64,000 bases of DNA, taken from the sequence record MW373745.1; one strand, written 5' to 3'. Positions 9,708 to 20,345 of the stretch are shown one piece after another. A model generated the notes under the pieces. The model made no database searches. It saw only the letters and a program-made list of their open reading frames with translations, and was not told the DNA's origin. A program made the position numbers and the translations under genes. How positions within the stretch are numbered: position 1 is the stretch's first letter; every line of letters starts with the position of its first letter.

Positions 9708-9896
9708 ATGAAAGAATTTTTTTATAATTTAATAGCACAAATCAAAGGGCTTAAAATTCATAAAAATGAAAAAGATACTTGGTATTTAAAATGGGATTTA
9801 CACACCGGGTATTATATTGAAGGTTTAAATACTAAACGTAGATTATATTGTAGTGGTTATTCTGATAGTTTAAACAAATTAAAATATTTGTATTGA
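9708..9896 (+). CDS. Small hypothetical protein
   Basis: Own promoter motif (9666-9689) and AAGGAG RBS. Confidence 0.55.
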   Translation: MKEFFYNLIAQIKGLKIHKNEKDTWYLKWDLHTGYYIEGLNTKRRLYCSGYSDSLNKLKYLY

Positions 9897-9975
9897 AGCT
9901 TTGTATTAGTGTGAATAATAAAACGTTAAGATACTTTTAAGATATTTTACAATATAATATCATAAAGGAGATATA

Positions 9976-11487
9976 ATGATTAAGAAACTGACTGATAGAG
10001 AACATATTCTAAAAAGACCTAGTATGTATATAGGTGCTATAGATTCTACAAATACAGAAGATTTTATTATAGAATCAGGTAAAATTAAATACACTACTTT
10101 GAATTATGTACCCGGTTTAATTAAAATAATCAATGAGATTATCGATAATTCAGTAGATGCTGCAATTAGATCTAAATTTAAATCTGGCTTAAATATCAGT
10201 GTTAAAATATCTAATGATACTGTTAGCATTGAAGATGATGGAACTGGTATACCAGTAATAAAATCAGGTGACCACTATATGCCAGAACTAGCTTGGAATC
10301 ACGCTAAAGCAGGTTCTAACTTCGATGATGATGCTAATCGTGTAACAATAGGTACCAACGGAGTTGGAAGTTATTGTACAAATGTTTGGAGTATTAATTT
10401 TAAAGGTATTACAGACGATGGTAAAAATAGATATATTTTTAAATCTAAAAACAATGCTGAAACTTATAGTGAAAATATAGAAGCTTCTAAAAAATCAGGA
10501 ACTTTAGTAGAATTTAAACCAGATTTAGAAAGATTTAATCTTAAAGAAATCGATGAAACTCATAAGAATATAATCTATCAAAGATTATTAAACTTAGCTA
10601 TTTGTTACCCAGAAATTAATTTTAAATTTAATTCTAAGAAAATAGATTTTAAATCTTTTAAGAATTATTTAAATATGTTTAGTTCAGATTTTGAACTATA
10701 TGAAAATCAAAATATTAAAATTGGTATCATCCCAAATGAATTGGATGACTTTAAACAATTTAGTTTTGTTAATGGTTTAAAAATACCAGACGGTGGTGTT
10801 CACATAGATACTATTATGAATAACGTAGTTCAGGGTATAAGAGACAAATTAGTCAAAAAATATAAAAGTATTAAACCTGGCGATATTAAAAATAAATTAA
10901 TGATTGTTTGTTTTATTAATGGAATGCCAAATCTTAAATTTAATTCACAATCTAAAGAAAAAATTACAAACTCAGTAAAAGAATTTAATGAATTCTCTAA
11001 CATAGATTATGGATTCATCAATAAAATTCTTAAAAATAAATCTATTATAGATCCTATTATAGACATATATAAAGTTAAAGAAGCTTTAAATGCAGATAAA
11101 GCTCTTAAGAGTGTAGAAAAATCTAAGAAGTTAAAATCTGAAAAATATTTTAGAGCAACAAAAAGTCAAAAATATCTTTGTATTTGTGAAGGTTTTTCCG
11201 CTTATGGTGGTATATCACAAGTTCTTGGAAATGAACATACGAGCTTCTATGTTCTTAAAGGTAAACCATTAAATTCTTGGGATGTCACTAATCAAAAATT
11301 TGCAGCCAATCGCGAATTATCTGAATTATATCAAATACTTTCTGAGAACGCAGAATTTGAAGATCTACAAGATGGTAAATTCTATGAAGTCACAATAGAT
11401 GGTAAAACATATATTATGAATGAAAATGATACAATTGAAATTAATAATATTAAATATAATTTTGAAGATCTACAAAAAGGATTGTAA
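9976..11487 (+). CDS. DNA topoisomerase II large subunit (gp39: GHKL ATPase plus N-half of TOPRIM)
   Basis: HILKRPSMYIG, EIIDNSVD, GTNGVGS, ICEGFSA and LKGKPLN; the TOPRIM DxD half is absent. Confidence 0.92.
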   Translation: MIKKLTDREHILKRPSMYIGAIDSTNTEDFIIESGKIKYTTLNYVPGLIKIINEIIDNSVDAAIRSKFKSGLNISVKISNDTVSIEDDGTGIPVIKSGDHYMPELAWNHAKAGSNFDDDANRVTIGTNGVGSYCTNVWSINFKGITDDGKNRYIFKSKNNAETYSENIEASKKSGTLVEFKPDLERFNLKEIDETHKNIIYQRLLNLAICYPEINFKFNSKKIDFKSFKNYLNMFSSDFELYENQNIKIGIIPNELDDFKQFSFVNGLKIPDGGVHIDTIMNNVVQGIRDKLVKKYKSIKPGDIKNKLMIVCFINGMPNLKFNSQSKEKITNSVKEFNEFSNIDYGFINKILKNKSIIDPIIDIYKVKEALNADKALKSVEKSKKLKSEKYFRATKSQKYLCICEGFSAYGGISQVLGNEHTSFYVLKGKPLNSWDVTNQKFAANRELSELYQILSENAEFEDLQDGKFYEVTIDGKTYIMNENDTIEINNIKYNFEDLQKGL

Positions 11488-12020
11488 TGAGACCAGTTAG
11501 AATAGCAATTTCAGGAGCTCAATGTTCTGGTAAAACTACATTAATTAATTTAATGAAGAAACATAGTTATTTTAAGAATTTTGATTTCATAGAATCATTT
11601 TCTAATAAAATAGCTAAAACAAACAAGAAACACTCAGAAAATACAAACTTAGCAACACAGTTGCAAATGTTGTATTATAGTGTTAATGCTTTAAAAAATA
11701 TAAATGCACCCACTGTGCACGATAGGTGTATTTTGGATGTTATAGTATATACAGGTATTAACAAAGACATCGATTTAAAATTATTCACAGATTCTTTAAT
11801 AAAATATTATAAACAGTTCGATTTTATTTTTGTTTTAGATTCTGAAAATATACCATTAGAATCAAATGGTGTTAGATCAATAGATCCTGAATTTAGATCT
11901 AAAATAAACAATATTTTTAAGAAAGTAGACTTAGAAAACGTCATTCACTTAGATTCTAAATTAGACCCAGATTCTAGGATATTAAAAATAATCGAAGCTA
12001 TAAAATCTAAAACTAATTAA
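11487..12020 (+). CDS. P-loop nucleotide kinase (AAA_28/NadR-like)
   Basis: IAISGAQCSGKTT, HDRCILD and NGVRS motifs. Confidence 0.7.
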   Translation: MRPVRIAISGAQCSGKTTLINLMKKHSYFKNFDFIESFSNKIAKTNKKHSENTNLATQLQMLYYSVNALKNINAPTVHDRCILDVIVYTGINKDIDLKLFTDSLIKYYKQFDFIFVLDSENIPLESNGVRSIDPEFRSKINNIFKKVDLENVIHLDSKLDPDSRILKIIEAIKSKTN

Positions 12021-12031
12021 TAGGAGAAATA

Positions 12032-12490
12032 ATGGATTTGAATCTTTATATACATAAAACAAATGAAGATGCCGTAATACCAGAAATTGCTTATAATGGA
12101 ACTTCAGCAGCATTTGATATTACTTGCACCGAAACAACTGAAATTAAACCAGGAGAATCAAAAGTTGTTCCAAATGGATTAAGAATTTCAATTGATGAAA
12201 AAGATCCTTTTTATATGACCGTTCATTTAAGAAGTTCTTTAGGTTTTAAAAAAGATCTAATTCCACATATTGGTATTATTGACGCTGGATATACTGGAGA
12301 TTTTGGAGTTAAAATTAATAATATTGGTAAAGAAACTATAGTTATTGAAAAAGGTTCAAGATATGCGCAAGTTTTAATTCATAGAAAATATAGTTTTAAG
12401 TTCGTCGAACTTAATAATTCTGAATTCAAGGATTTTGAAGCTAAGCAAGAAAGAGGGTCTAAAGGATTTGGATCGAGTGGTAAATCTTAA
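12032..12490 (+). CDS. dut: Trimeric dUTPase
   Basis: AAFDI, RSSLG, GIIDAGYTG, AQV and RGSKGFGSSG motifs. Confidence 0.92.
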   Translation: MDLNLYIHKTNEDAVIPEIAYNGTSAAFDITCTETTEIKPGESKVVPNGLRISIDEKDPFYMTVHLRSSLGFKKDLIPHIGIIDAGYTGDFGVKINNIGKETIVIEKGSRYAQVLIHRKYSFKFVELNNSEFKDFEAKQERGSKGFGSSGKS

Positions 12491-12530
12491 AAGATTTGCA
12501 CATTTTAATAATTCTTAATAAGGATTTAAG

Positions 12531-12774
12531 TATGAATACAATAAAATTTTATCATAGACAAAAGGAATATGTAGTTCAATCTCAAAATATTAATCAACAT
12601 ACATTTAATAAGAACTATAATAAAGTTCTAGCATTATTAAATGAAAATGAAATTAAATCTATTAATGAATGTGAATTAATACCAGCGGGTAAAACTGATA
12701 TTTTAAAATTATCTACAATGGGTAGTGATGGGTTAATACAAGAGTTTGAATTAAGATTAGAAAACGTTTACTAA
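12531..12774 (+). CDS. Hypothetical protein
   Basis: ATG after AAGGA; ORF track start 12496. Confidence 0.45.
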
Positions 12775-12786
12775 TAGGAGATATAG

Positions 12787-13863
12787 GTGTTAGACTTTGT
12801 AGATATTAAGTATTTTAAGTTAGCAGTTCCTGGAACTTATAAAGAAAGTTCTTTGGATATTGCTGTTAAATGTCCAATTTGCGGAGACTCAAAATATAAA
12901 AAATCTGTTAAAAGACTACACCTATATGAAAAACAAGGAGTTACTTTAGTTCATTGTTTTAATGGTGATTGTGAATTAAATACTCAAATGAGTTTAAGTA
13001 ATTTCTTAAAGATTTATAAACCAGAATTATTATTGCCGTATAAATCAGAGAATTTTAAATTTAAAATTAATTCAATTGATTCTAGTACCAAATCTAACAT
13101 AGAAAGTAATAATGAAATAGAGACTATGAAGTCTTGTTTTGATTCTAGTGCTAGCAATACTAGCGATTCTAATGAATCTAGCAATACAAGTATTGAAAAC
13201 ATTGCTAGCTCTACTAGCATTGAAAGCTCCAACAATGGGTTCAAATATATTAACTTAACTTCAGTGTTAGACACTAATACAAGTAAACAAATAGAGTTTT
13301 TAAAATCTCGTGGGTTTAACGATGATACTATTAACTTTTTAGATTTCTATAATGGAACTAAATCTTTTAATTTAAATGGTGTTTATTATGGAATCAAAGA
13401 CTATCTTGTAATTCCATTTTCTAAAGACTCTAATTATTATGGGTTCTATGCAAGATCTTTAACTGAAAAAAGATTTATTAATTTTACATTGAATCAAAAT
13501 TATGGAGTTTGGAATCTATTTAATGTTGATTTAAATAAACCAGTTTTTATATTTGAAGCTATTCTCGATGCTTTGTCTTTTAGACAAATATACAGAACTA
13601 ATCAAATAATAGCTTTAAATACTTCCACAATAGCAAAGAATGTTTTAGATTTAATAAAGTGCCCTTTCTTTTGTTTAGATAACGACAAAGTTGGAATTGA
13701 AAAAATGATAAAATATAATTCGATACCAAATAGTCATTTTATATGTTATCCAAATGATTTAACACAAAAAGATTTTAATGAAATGCTTCAAAATAATATT
13801 AAAATAGAACTTGTTTTTAAGAAAGGCTTCGGTGCTTTATTACATTTAAAATCTTTATTATGA
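12787..13863 (+). CDS. DNA primase (gp61-like) with a Ser-rich insert
   Basis: CPICGDS...HCFNGDC zinc finger; TOPRIM FEAILD and LDND. Confidence 0.85.
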   Translation: MLDFVDIKYFKLAVPGTYKESSLDIAVKCPICGDSKYKKSVKRLHLYEKQGVTLVHCFNGDCELNTQMSLSNFLKIYKPELLLPYKSENFKFKINSIDSSTKSNIESNNEIETMKSCFDSSASNTSDSNESSNTSIENIASSTSIESSNNGFKYINLTSVLDTNTSKQIEFLKSRGFNDDTINFLDFYNGTKSFNLNGVYYGIKDYLVIPFSKDSNYYGFYARSLTEKRFINFTLNQNYGVWNLFNVDLNKPVFIFEAILDALSFRQIYRTNQIIALNTSTIAKNVLDLIKCPFFCLDNDKVGIEKMIKYNSIPNSHFICYPNDLTQKDFNEMLQNNIKIELVFKKGFGALLHLKSLL

Positions 13864-14408
13864 TTTTAATTATAAATAAAAAGGATAATAAAATGGTAAA
13901 AAGACAAAAGAGTATCGAAAATATAGTACTTAATTTTCCATCCAAAAATTGTGTATTAAAGGAAGTTCCGTCAAAAGGTGAGAAAAATAATGAGATTTTC
14001 TTTGATAATATTTTAAATAAAAATGAAATAGACACACTTTTCAGTCCAAAAGTTTTAGGGAGTTTTGAATTAATTGGCAACGGTGGTGGAAATTTTGTTT
14101 ATGCTGAACTTATGCCTTTAAATGCAATTTATAAAGAAAAAATACAAAATTTAAATGATGAAAAAGAATTAGATAATATTTATCAAGAGTTAAAAACTAA
14201 AGCTTTTTTAGATTATAGAGTAGATATAAATAAAATTTTAAAAGATAAAGAATTTGAAAATTTAGACTTAGAAAGCAAAAAAGAAATTTTAAAACTTGTT
14301 TTAGATTCTAATATGGATTATGTTTTGTATGGTGATATAAAAGATGAAGATTATGTCATATCTGAAGAAATAATAAAACTTAATAAAATATTTTATGAGG
14401 TGTGCTAA
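13860..14408 (+). pseudogene. Internally deleted N6-adenine DNA methyltransferase (type III Mod-like) remnant
   Basis: N-terminal EIFFDNIL..NEIDTLFSPKVL joined directly to the C-terminal GGGNFVYAEL...LDSNMDYV...LNKIFY; no DPPY or FxGSG motif. Confidence 0.6.
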
Positions 14409-14585
14409 ACATTCTTAAGATATAAAATCTGTAAAAATTTGTATCATTTCATAGATTTGGGTCGTATTTAAATTTAATAATCCACTATGGTGTAAGTTTA
14501 TATTAATGTTATAATTTTAAATTAAATTTTAATTTTGTATCAAGCTAAAATATATTATAATTAAGAAAATATTAAAAGGAGTTCA

Positions 14586-15500
14586 ATGACAGTAGATTTA
14601 AAACACGATATTTGGGTAGAAAAATATCGTCCTCAAAAAATTGATGACTTAATTTTACCAAATGTTTATTTAGATAAATTTAGAAAATATATTGAAAAAC
14701 CGTCAAACATTTTATTAAGTTCAGTAAACCCAGGAACAGGAAAAACAAGCACAGCACAAGCCATTATAAAAGAAGGTAATTTTGAATCTTTATATATTAA
14801 CGCTTCATTAGAATCTGGTATTGATACTATGAGAAGTAAAATATTACAATTTGCTAGTACTGAAAGCTTTGATGGAAAACCTAAAATTGTTTTAGCAGAT
14901 GAATTTGACTACTTTGGCCAAAATGGTCAAGCAGCTGCAAGAGCACTTATTGAAGAAGTTGCTGCTAATTGTAGATTCATATTAACTTGTAATTATGTTT
15001 CTAATATAATGCCTCCTATAGTTAACAGATTTGAAGTATTTGATTTTGATGTTGTTCACGCTTCTAATAAACAAGAACTTGTTCAAAAAGCTTTTAATTT
15101 ACTAAAAGAAATCTTAGATAATGAAAAAGTTTCTTATACAAATGAGGATCTTGTTAATATTATTAAGAACTATTATCCAAGTATAAGAGGTATGATTGCT
15201 TGTTTACAAAAATGTAATTTCAATAATAAATTAGTTCTTGACATTCAAAAAGATTCTGATTTTGAAGGTTTAATTAACTTAATTAGATCTCGCGATTTCG
15301 ATAATTTAATGAAAGTAGTTTATGGTTTAACAAACCCAGATGCTTTTTATGAATATGCATTTAAAAAATTAGATATTCAAAATAATAATAAACCACAAGC
15401 TATCATAATACTAGCTAAATATCAATACCAAAGTGCTTTCTCAAGAGATAGAAACTTAAATTTAGCTGCTTGTATTATGGAATTAGCACCATTATTGTAA
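14586..15500 (+). CDS. Clamp loader large subunit (gp44, AAA+)
   Basis: WVEKYRP, PGTGKT, LADEFD and CRFILTCN motifs. Confidence 0.93.
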   Translation: MTVDLKHDIWVEKYRPQKIDDLILPNVYLDKFRKYIEKPSNILLSSVNPGTGKTSTAQAIIKEGNFESLYINASLESGIDTMRSKILQFASTESFDGKPKIVLADEFDYFGQNGQAAARALIEEVAANCRFILTCNYVSNIMPPIVNRFEVFDFDVVHASNKQELVQKAFNLLKEILDNEKVSYTNEDLVNIIKNYYPSIRGMIACLQKCNFNNKLVLDIQKDSDFEGLINLIRSRDFDNLMKVVYGLTNPDAFYEYAFKKLDIQNNNKPQAIIILAKYQYQSAFSRDRNLNLAACIMELAPLL

Positions 15501-15509
15501 GGATTATAT

Positions 15510-16568
15510 ATGATTTTATATGATTTAAGTTCTTTGATTCACAGAGCTTTACATACTAGTATTAAGCAAATGAATCCACATAAAAAAGACGGTAAATATA
15601 TTACTGAAGAATTCATAAGTGGGACTATTTTTAGAATTATAGAAGAATTATTAGAAAATTATAGACTTTATAGAGGTAAATATAATACTATGGTTATTTG
15701 TATAGATGATCATAGTGTTCCATATTGGAGAAAATCTTTATATCCAGATTATAAAGCTCAAAGAAAAACTCAAAGAGAAGAATCTGAAGTTAATTTTAAA
15801 GAAGTTTATAAACATATTAATATACTAATTAGAATTCTAAATGATTATACACCATTTAAAGCTATTGGTGTCCCAGGAGCTGAAGCTGATGATATCATTG
15901 GTGTATTAACTAGGAAGTTCTGCAAAGCAGAATCTATTTTAATTCTAAGTCCCGATAAAGACTTTAAACAATTGCATAAATTAGGCGATATAAAACAATA
16001 TTCAGCAATAACTAATAAATGGATCATTAATGATGATCCAGAAGGTTGGGAAAGAATACATTGTTGTTTAGGTGATGCTGCTGATAATGTACCACGTGTT
16101 GTGGATTTTTCGGAATTTACACCTGAGTTTAAAGCTTATTATCAAGGAACCGAATTAGATTTCTATAAGTTAGATGAAAACTTAAAACTAGGTATTATTA
16201 ATAATTTTAATGAAATTTATCCTGATGTTGAAGTTTATAAAAAACAAAGATTTGGTGAAGCTGCTTTAAATAAAAAGATTAAAGAGTTTGGTTCTTTAGA
16301 CGCCTTCTTAGATTCTAACGAAATATATAGACTTAATTATAATCGTAATTATAAGTTAGTTATGGATAGTGAAATACCTATTGATATTGAATTAGAAATC
16401 TTAAAGAAATATACAGAATCTAGTACAGATTTTAATATGGAAAATCTTAATAAGTATTTTTCATTTTATAATATAACTACTTGTAGTCAATGGTTTAGTC
16501 AATTATGGAATGAAATGAGTAAACCTATAGAAATGACACCTTGGAATGTGGATTTTAGTAAGATCTAA
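15510..16568 (+). CDS. rnh: RNase H / 5'-3' exonuclease (T4 rnh-like)
   Basis: YWRKSLYPDYKAQR, EADDIIG, SPDKDFKQL and GDAADNVP motifs. Confidence 0.9.
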   Translation: MILYDLSSLIHRALHTSIKQMNPHKKDGKYITEEFISGTIFRIIEELLENYRLYRGKYNTMVICIDDHSVPYWRKSLYPDYKAQRKTQREESEVNFKEVYKHINILIRILNDYTPFKAIGVPGAEADDIIGVLTRKFCKAESILILSPDKDFKQLHKLGDIKQYSAITNKWIINDDPEGWERIHCCLGDAADNVPRVVDFSEFTPEFKAYYQGTELDFYKLDENLKLGIINNFNEIYPDVEVYKKQRFGEAALNKKIKEFGSLDAFLDSNEIYRLNYNRNYKLVMDSEIPIDIELEILKKYTESSTDFNMENLNKYFSFYNITTCSQWFSQLWNEMSKPIEMTPWNVDFSKI

Positions 16569-16781
16569 AATCCCTTCATATCTTAACAAAAACAGGGTTT
16601 AAATCAATTTTAAATTAAAGGAGTGTTATGATATTCTTAACTGGAGGAAATGGTCATTTAGCCAGTTTATTGGGTGCCCTAGCAGCACAAAAGATATAGA
16701 TTTAAACCCAGAGAAGTTAGCTTTGCATTTGTTATAAATTATATTATAGATCGGAAATAAATATCCAAAAAAGGCTCAGCA

Positions 16782-17414
16782 GTGAACGTAAGATTACGTA
16801 TTATTAATAATCAGCAAGTACCAGAATTACCAAGTTTCACAGATTCTAAAGAAGATAACTTAACTACAGATGTTAAATTAGATGTCTTAACACACCAAGA
16901 AGTAGATAGAAACTTTGCTAATATTATTACGTGGTTAAAAACTGTTAGTGATAAAATAATTGAGCAATCTACAGTTCTAAAACAATTAGATCCCGAAAAT
17001 ATGGAGAAACTTTTAAAAGCTGCTGAACAAATACAAACCATTACTGATGATATTAAAAGCTTAGAAACTAAATACAACCAAGTTAATAATGATTTAACAA
17101 ATTATAAAACTTCAAATGATTTAGCTTTATCTAAGAAATTAGATTCTATAAAAACTATAAATGGAACTGATATCACAGGTTCAGGAAATGCTGAAATTAA
17201 TATAACAAGAACTCAATTCACAAATCACTTAACTAATATTGGCATTAATGAAATTGGCAGTATAGCTATATTAGATTCAAAAACAACTTTAGTTTTTAAT
17301 AATTTATATGCAGGATCTGGTTTATCTACAGACACTTATGCATATATGCAAGGTACTTGGAAATGTACTGGTAAAATAAGCGATACTAAAGGCTTATTCA
17401 TCAGAGTATCGTAA
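16782..17414 (+). CDS. Hypothetical virion protein, fibre-associated
   Basis: LTHQEVDRNF N-terminal motif, coiled coil and GTWKCTG tail; AATAAATA at 16756. Confidence 0.4.
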   Translation: MNVRLRIINNQQVPELPSFTDSKEDNLTTDVKLDVLTHQEVDRNFANIITWLKTVSDKIIEQSTVLKQLDPENMEKLLKAAEQIQTITDDIKSLETKYNQVNNDLTNYKTSNDLALSKKLDSIKTINGTDITGSGNAEINITRTQFTNHLTNIGINEIGSIAILDSKTTLVFNNLYAGSGLSTDTYAYMQGTWKCTGKISDTKGLFIRVS

Positions 17415-17473
17415 TCAAAAACTTAAGCAGATTTTAAGCATTTATATAATATAATAACAAATAAGGAGATTTA

Positions 17474-18151
17474 ATGGTATTAGAATATAACCCTATCAAA
17501 TTAGGTAATAGATCTATTAAAGTTCGTAATTGGAAAGTTAAAGATAGAGAACTCTATAAAAGTAAATTAAAAAATACTAGTTCCACAGAAGACGAACTTA
17601 AAGCAAGATATGAATGTTTTGTTACAAATGTTTTAGAAAACCCGACAGCTTTAAATAACGACGAATTAGAATATTTGTTTTTATTGTTAAGAATTATAAA
17701 TCTTGGTGATGATTTAAATTACAGTTGGTGGTGCAGAAGTTGTGAAAAAACTACTGATTCTAAAATTAAATTAAGCAAACTATTTACAACAAAATCAGGT
17801 AAAATCCAAGATATTGATATTGGTGATATCAAAATTGAACTACAAGATGTTCAAAATATCGAACTCTATAATAACAAATTAAGAACTTCAGATTCACCAA
17901 GCACAGATGATTTGATTTTCCATATTAAATCTATCAATGGGGATAACACAAAAGGCTTCCAAGATATTAAGGACTACTTCAATGAGTTAGATATTAATAT
18001 AATGGATAAGATTTCTGAAGCATTTGAAAAAATGATATTTAAAATTGAATCTAGGGAACATACAGTAACTTGTTCACGTTGTGGTGCTAGTTCAACTTTT
18101 AATTTCGATGTAATACCAGATATTATACCCCCAAAATGGTTAAAACGTTAA
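17474..18151 (+). CDS. Second gp26-like baseplate hub protein
   Basis: RNWKVKD...YLFLLLRIINLG...CRSC...CSRCG. Confidence 0.6.
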   Translation: MVLEYNPIKLGNRSIKVRNWKVKDRELYKSKLKNTSSTEDELKARYECFVTNVLENPTALNNDELEYLFLLLRIINLGDDLNYSWWCRSCEKTTDSKIKLSKLFTTKSGKIQDIDIGDIKIELQDVQNIELYNNKLRTSDSPSTDDLIFHIKSINGDNTKGFQDIKDYFNELDINIMDKISEAFEKMIFKIESREHTVTCSRCGASSTFNFDVIPDIIPPKWLKR

Positions 18152-18165
18152 GAAAGGATTAAATT

Positions 18166-18858
18166 ATGAGTATGTATATAACATATATAGATCAAGGTGC
18201 TTATAATATGATTGTTTCCGCGCAAAGAGACAATGCTTTTTTGTTACCGGGGTCTAGCACATTAGAAGTTTTTGATAGTAAATTATTTACAGCAGTTTTG
18301 GAAGCATTAGCAGATAAAAAAACTTGTAAATTCTATAAAGATATTGATGTGTTAACTTTAGAAAACTTGGAAATTGACGAGAGTGCTAACTTAGTTAAGA
18401 ATTCATATATTTTCCAATTAACTTCTGCAATTAGTCAGATTTTTACGAGAATACCACAATATACTTATTTTAGATTCCAATATCTTAATAATATATTTGC
18501 TTCACAAGGTTATTTTATAACTGATGATAATCGTGAAGAGATGTATATTAAAATTCTTGAAACTGATAATGATAAATTAATCGCTAGTCTTGAAGAATAT
18601 CTTAAGATTGTGAATCAATTAAATCAATATGAAAAAATGTATCAAGAATTCTTAAATGGTTTAGATGAAATGGAAATGACAGATGATGAAGCAACTTTAG
18701 ATCAAATCTTACAAGAAGCTTTAAATTATTTTACGAACGCTCAAAAGAATTTCGTAACTATGGATTATAAAGGATGGTTTTCAACAATTAAAGCAGATTA
18801 TGAAAATCGTCAAAATTCAGCTCAGCCTTCAAATCAGACTACAGACACTCAAAAATAA
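18166..18858 (+). CDS. Hypothetical protein
   Basis: Long ORF with RBS. Confidence 0.55.
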   Translation: MSMYITYIDQGAYNMIVSAQRDNAFLLPGSSTLEVFDSKLFTAVLEALADKKTCKFYKDIDVLTLENLEIDESANLVKNSYIFQLTSAISQIFTRIPQYTYFRFQYLNNIFASQGYFITDDNREEMYIKILETDNDKLIASLEEYLKIVNQLNQYEKMYQEFLNGLDEMEMTDDEATLDQILQEALNYFTNAQKNFVTMDYKGWFSTIKADYENRQNSAQPSNQTTDTQK

Positions 18859-18961
18859 AGATCTAAGATAACTTAGATCTTTCTCACTTTAACATTTAAA
18901 TTTCTAAATTCAAAAAAACTTTAAGTTATTTTATTATATAATAAAACAAAAGGAGATATAA

Positions 18962-19180
18962 ATGAATAACCAAAATGCAGAAGTTTTAATGAAAGATATT
19001 TTAGAAGCTGAAGCTAATATCAGTAAGTTTTTAGATTCTTGGACTTTAACAGTTTTTGAACACCAGGTATTAGTAAGATTTTTAACTAATGAGTTTATCG
19101 GTGCTAACTTTAATGATCCTGAAACTCTAAATCATTTAGGAAATAGAGCTAGGTTTTATATTGAAGAATTCATTAAATAA
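18962..19180 (+). CDS. Hypothetical protein
   Basis: Promoter motif plus AAGGAG RBS. Confidence 0.55.
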   Translation: MNNQNAEVLMKDILEAEANISKFLDSWTLTVFEHQVLVRFLTNEFIGANFNDPETLNHLGNRARFYIEEFIK

Positions 19181-19281
19181 TAAGCTATATTTAACACTTT
19201 AGTGTTAATTTAAATATAAAACTAAAACAATTTCAAAAAACTTTAAGTTGTTATATTATATAATATGAAAAAGGAGATTAA

Positions 19282-20076
19282 ATGATTTTCAAAACAAGAA
19301 CTAAAAAAGTTCCATTCTATGAATTTTTTGGTGACACCATTCAAGGTGAAGGGCCAAGATTAAAATCTGCAGTATTTGTTAGAGTTGCTGGTTGTAATAA
19401 TACTTGTAAAGGTTTTGGATGCTCTGCAGTAGCTCCAGATGGTTCGGTAGTAACAGGTTGTGATACTATTCGTGCAGTATCTCCAAAATTTAAATCACAA
19501 TGGAAATACTTTGATAATTTCAAAGATTTAACATCAATTATTGACCCATTAGTCACATTTAAAAACTCTGAAATTAAACATACCAAAGATATTATTTTAA
19601 CTGGCGGTGAACCTTTATTATATTGGGATACTAATGTTATTCAAGATTTCTTAGCTTATTATATTTCAAGAAAACATCAAATAACAATAGAGACTAATGC
19701 AAGTTTGGATATTGAGTTCTTTAAAGAATACCAAAAAGAAATTATGTTCAGTATGTCAGTTAAATTAAGTTGTTCAGGAGAACCTAAAAAGAAAAGAATT
19801 AATATAAAAACAATCAGTAAGATTCTTGAAAATTGTCCTAAATCTTATCTTAAATTTGTAGTTAATCCAGAAACTTGGGATACGGACTACACTGAAATAA
19901 AAGAAATACTTTATGATTTACCTATATATACTGAAGTATATCTAATGCCTATGGGTGAAACTCGTGAATTACAGATTAAGAATACACCATTTGTGTTTGA
20001 AAAATGTGCTGAGCACGGATTTAGTTTTAGTCCAAGAGCACATATTTTAGCTTTTGATACTAAGGAGGGTATATAA
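19282..20076 (+). CDS. queE: 7-carboxy-7-deazaguanine synthase (radical SAM)
   Basis: TIQGEG, FVRVAGCNNTC...CDT, LTGGEP, IETN and RAH motifs. Confidence 0.88.
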   Translation: MIFKTRTKKVPFYEFFGDTIQGEGPRLKSAVFVRVAGCNNTCKGFGCSAVAPDGSVVTGCDTIRAVSPKFKSQWKYFDNFKDLTSIIDPLVTFKNSEIKHTKDIILTGGEPLLYWDTNVIQDFLAYYISRKHQITIETNASLDIEFFKEYQKEIMFSMSVKLSCSGEPKKKRINIKTISKILENCPKSYLKFVVNPETWDTDYTEIKEILYDLPIYTEVYLMPMGETRELQIKNTPFVFEKCAEHGFSFSPRAHILAFDTKEGI

Positions 20077-20336
20077 TGTTAAGTAATTATGCACAATATA
20101 ATATATTAGAAACAACTGGTTTAATTATTATTAAATTTTTGTTATTATTAGTTGAATTAGGCTTCTATGTGTCGGCTTTATTTTTAGCAGTTCTTAGCAT
20201 TATCAGTGTGTTTAAAATACCAGGAGTATTTTATAAGTTATTCGTTTTTATTGTTTTAGGTTTAGCAGCGTTTGCTTGTTTAAGTTTAGGCTATACTATA
20301 GGTTTAACTAATATTGAATTTATATTTAAGATTTAA
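20076..20336 (+). CDS. Small membrane protein
   Basis: Two long hydrophobic segments. Confidence 0.55.
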   Translation: MLSNYAQYNILETTGLIIIKFLLLLVELGFYVSALFLAVLSIISVFKIPGVFYKLFVFIVLGLAAFACLSLGYTIGLTNIEFIFKI

Positions 20337-20345
20337 GGAGTTAAT

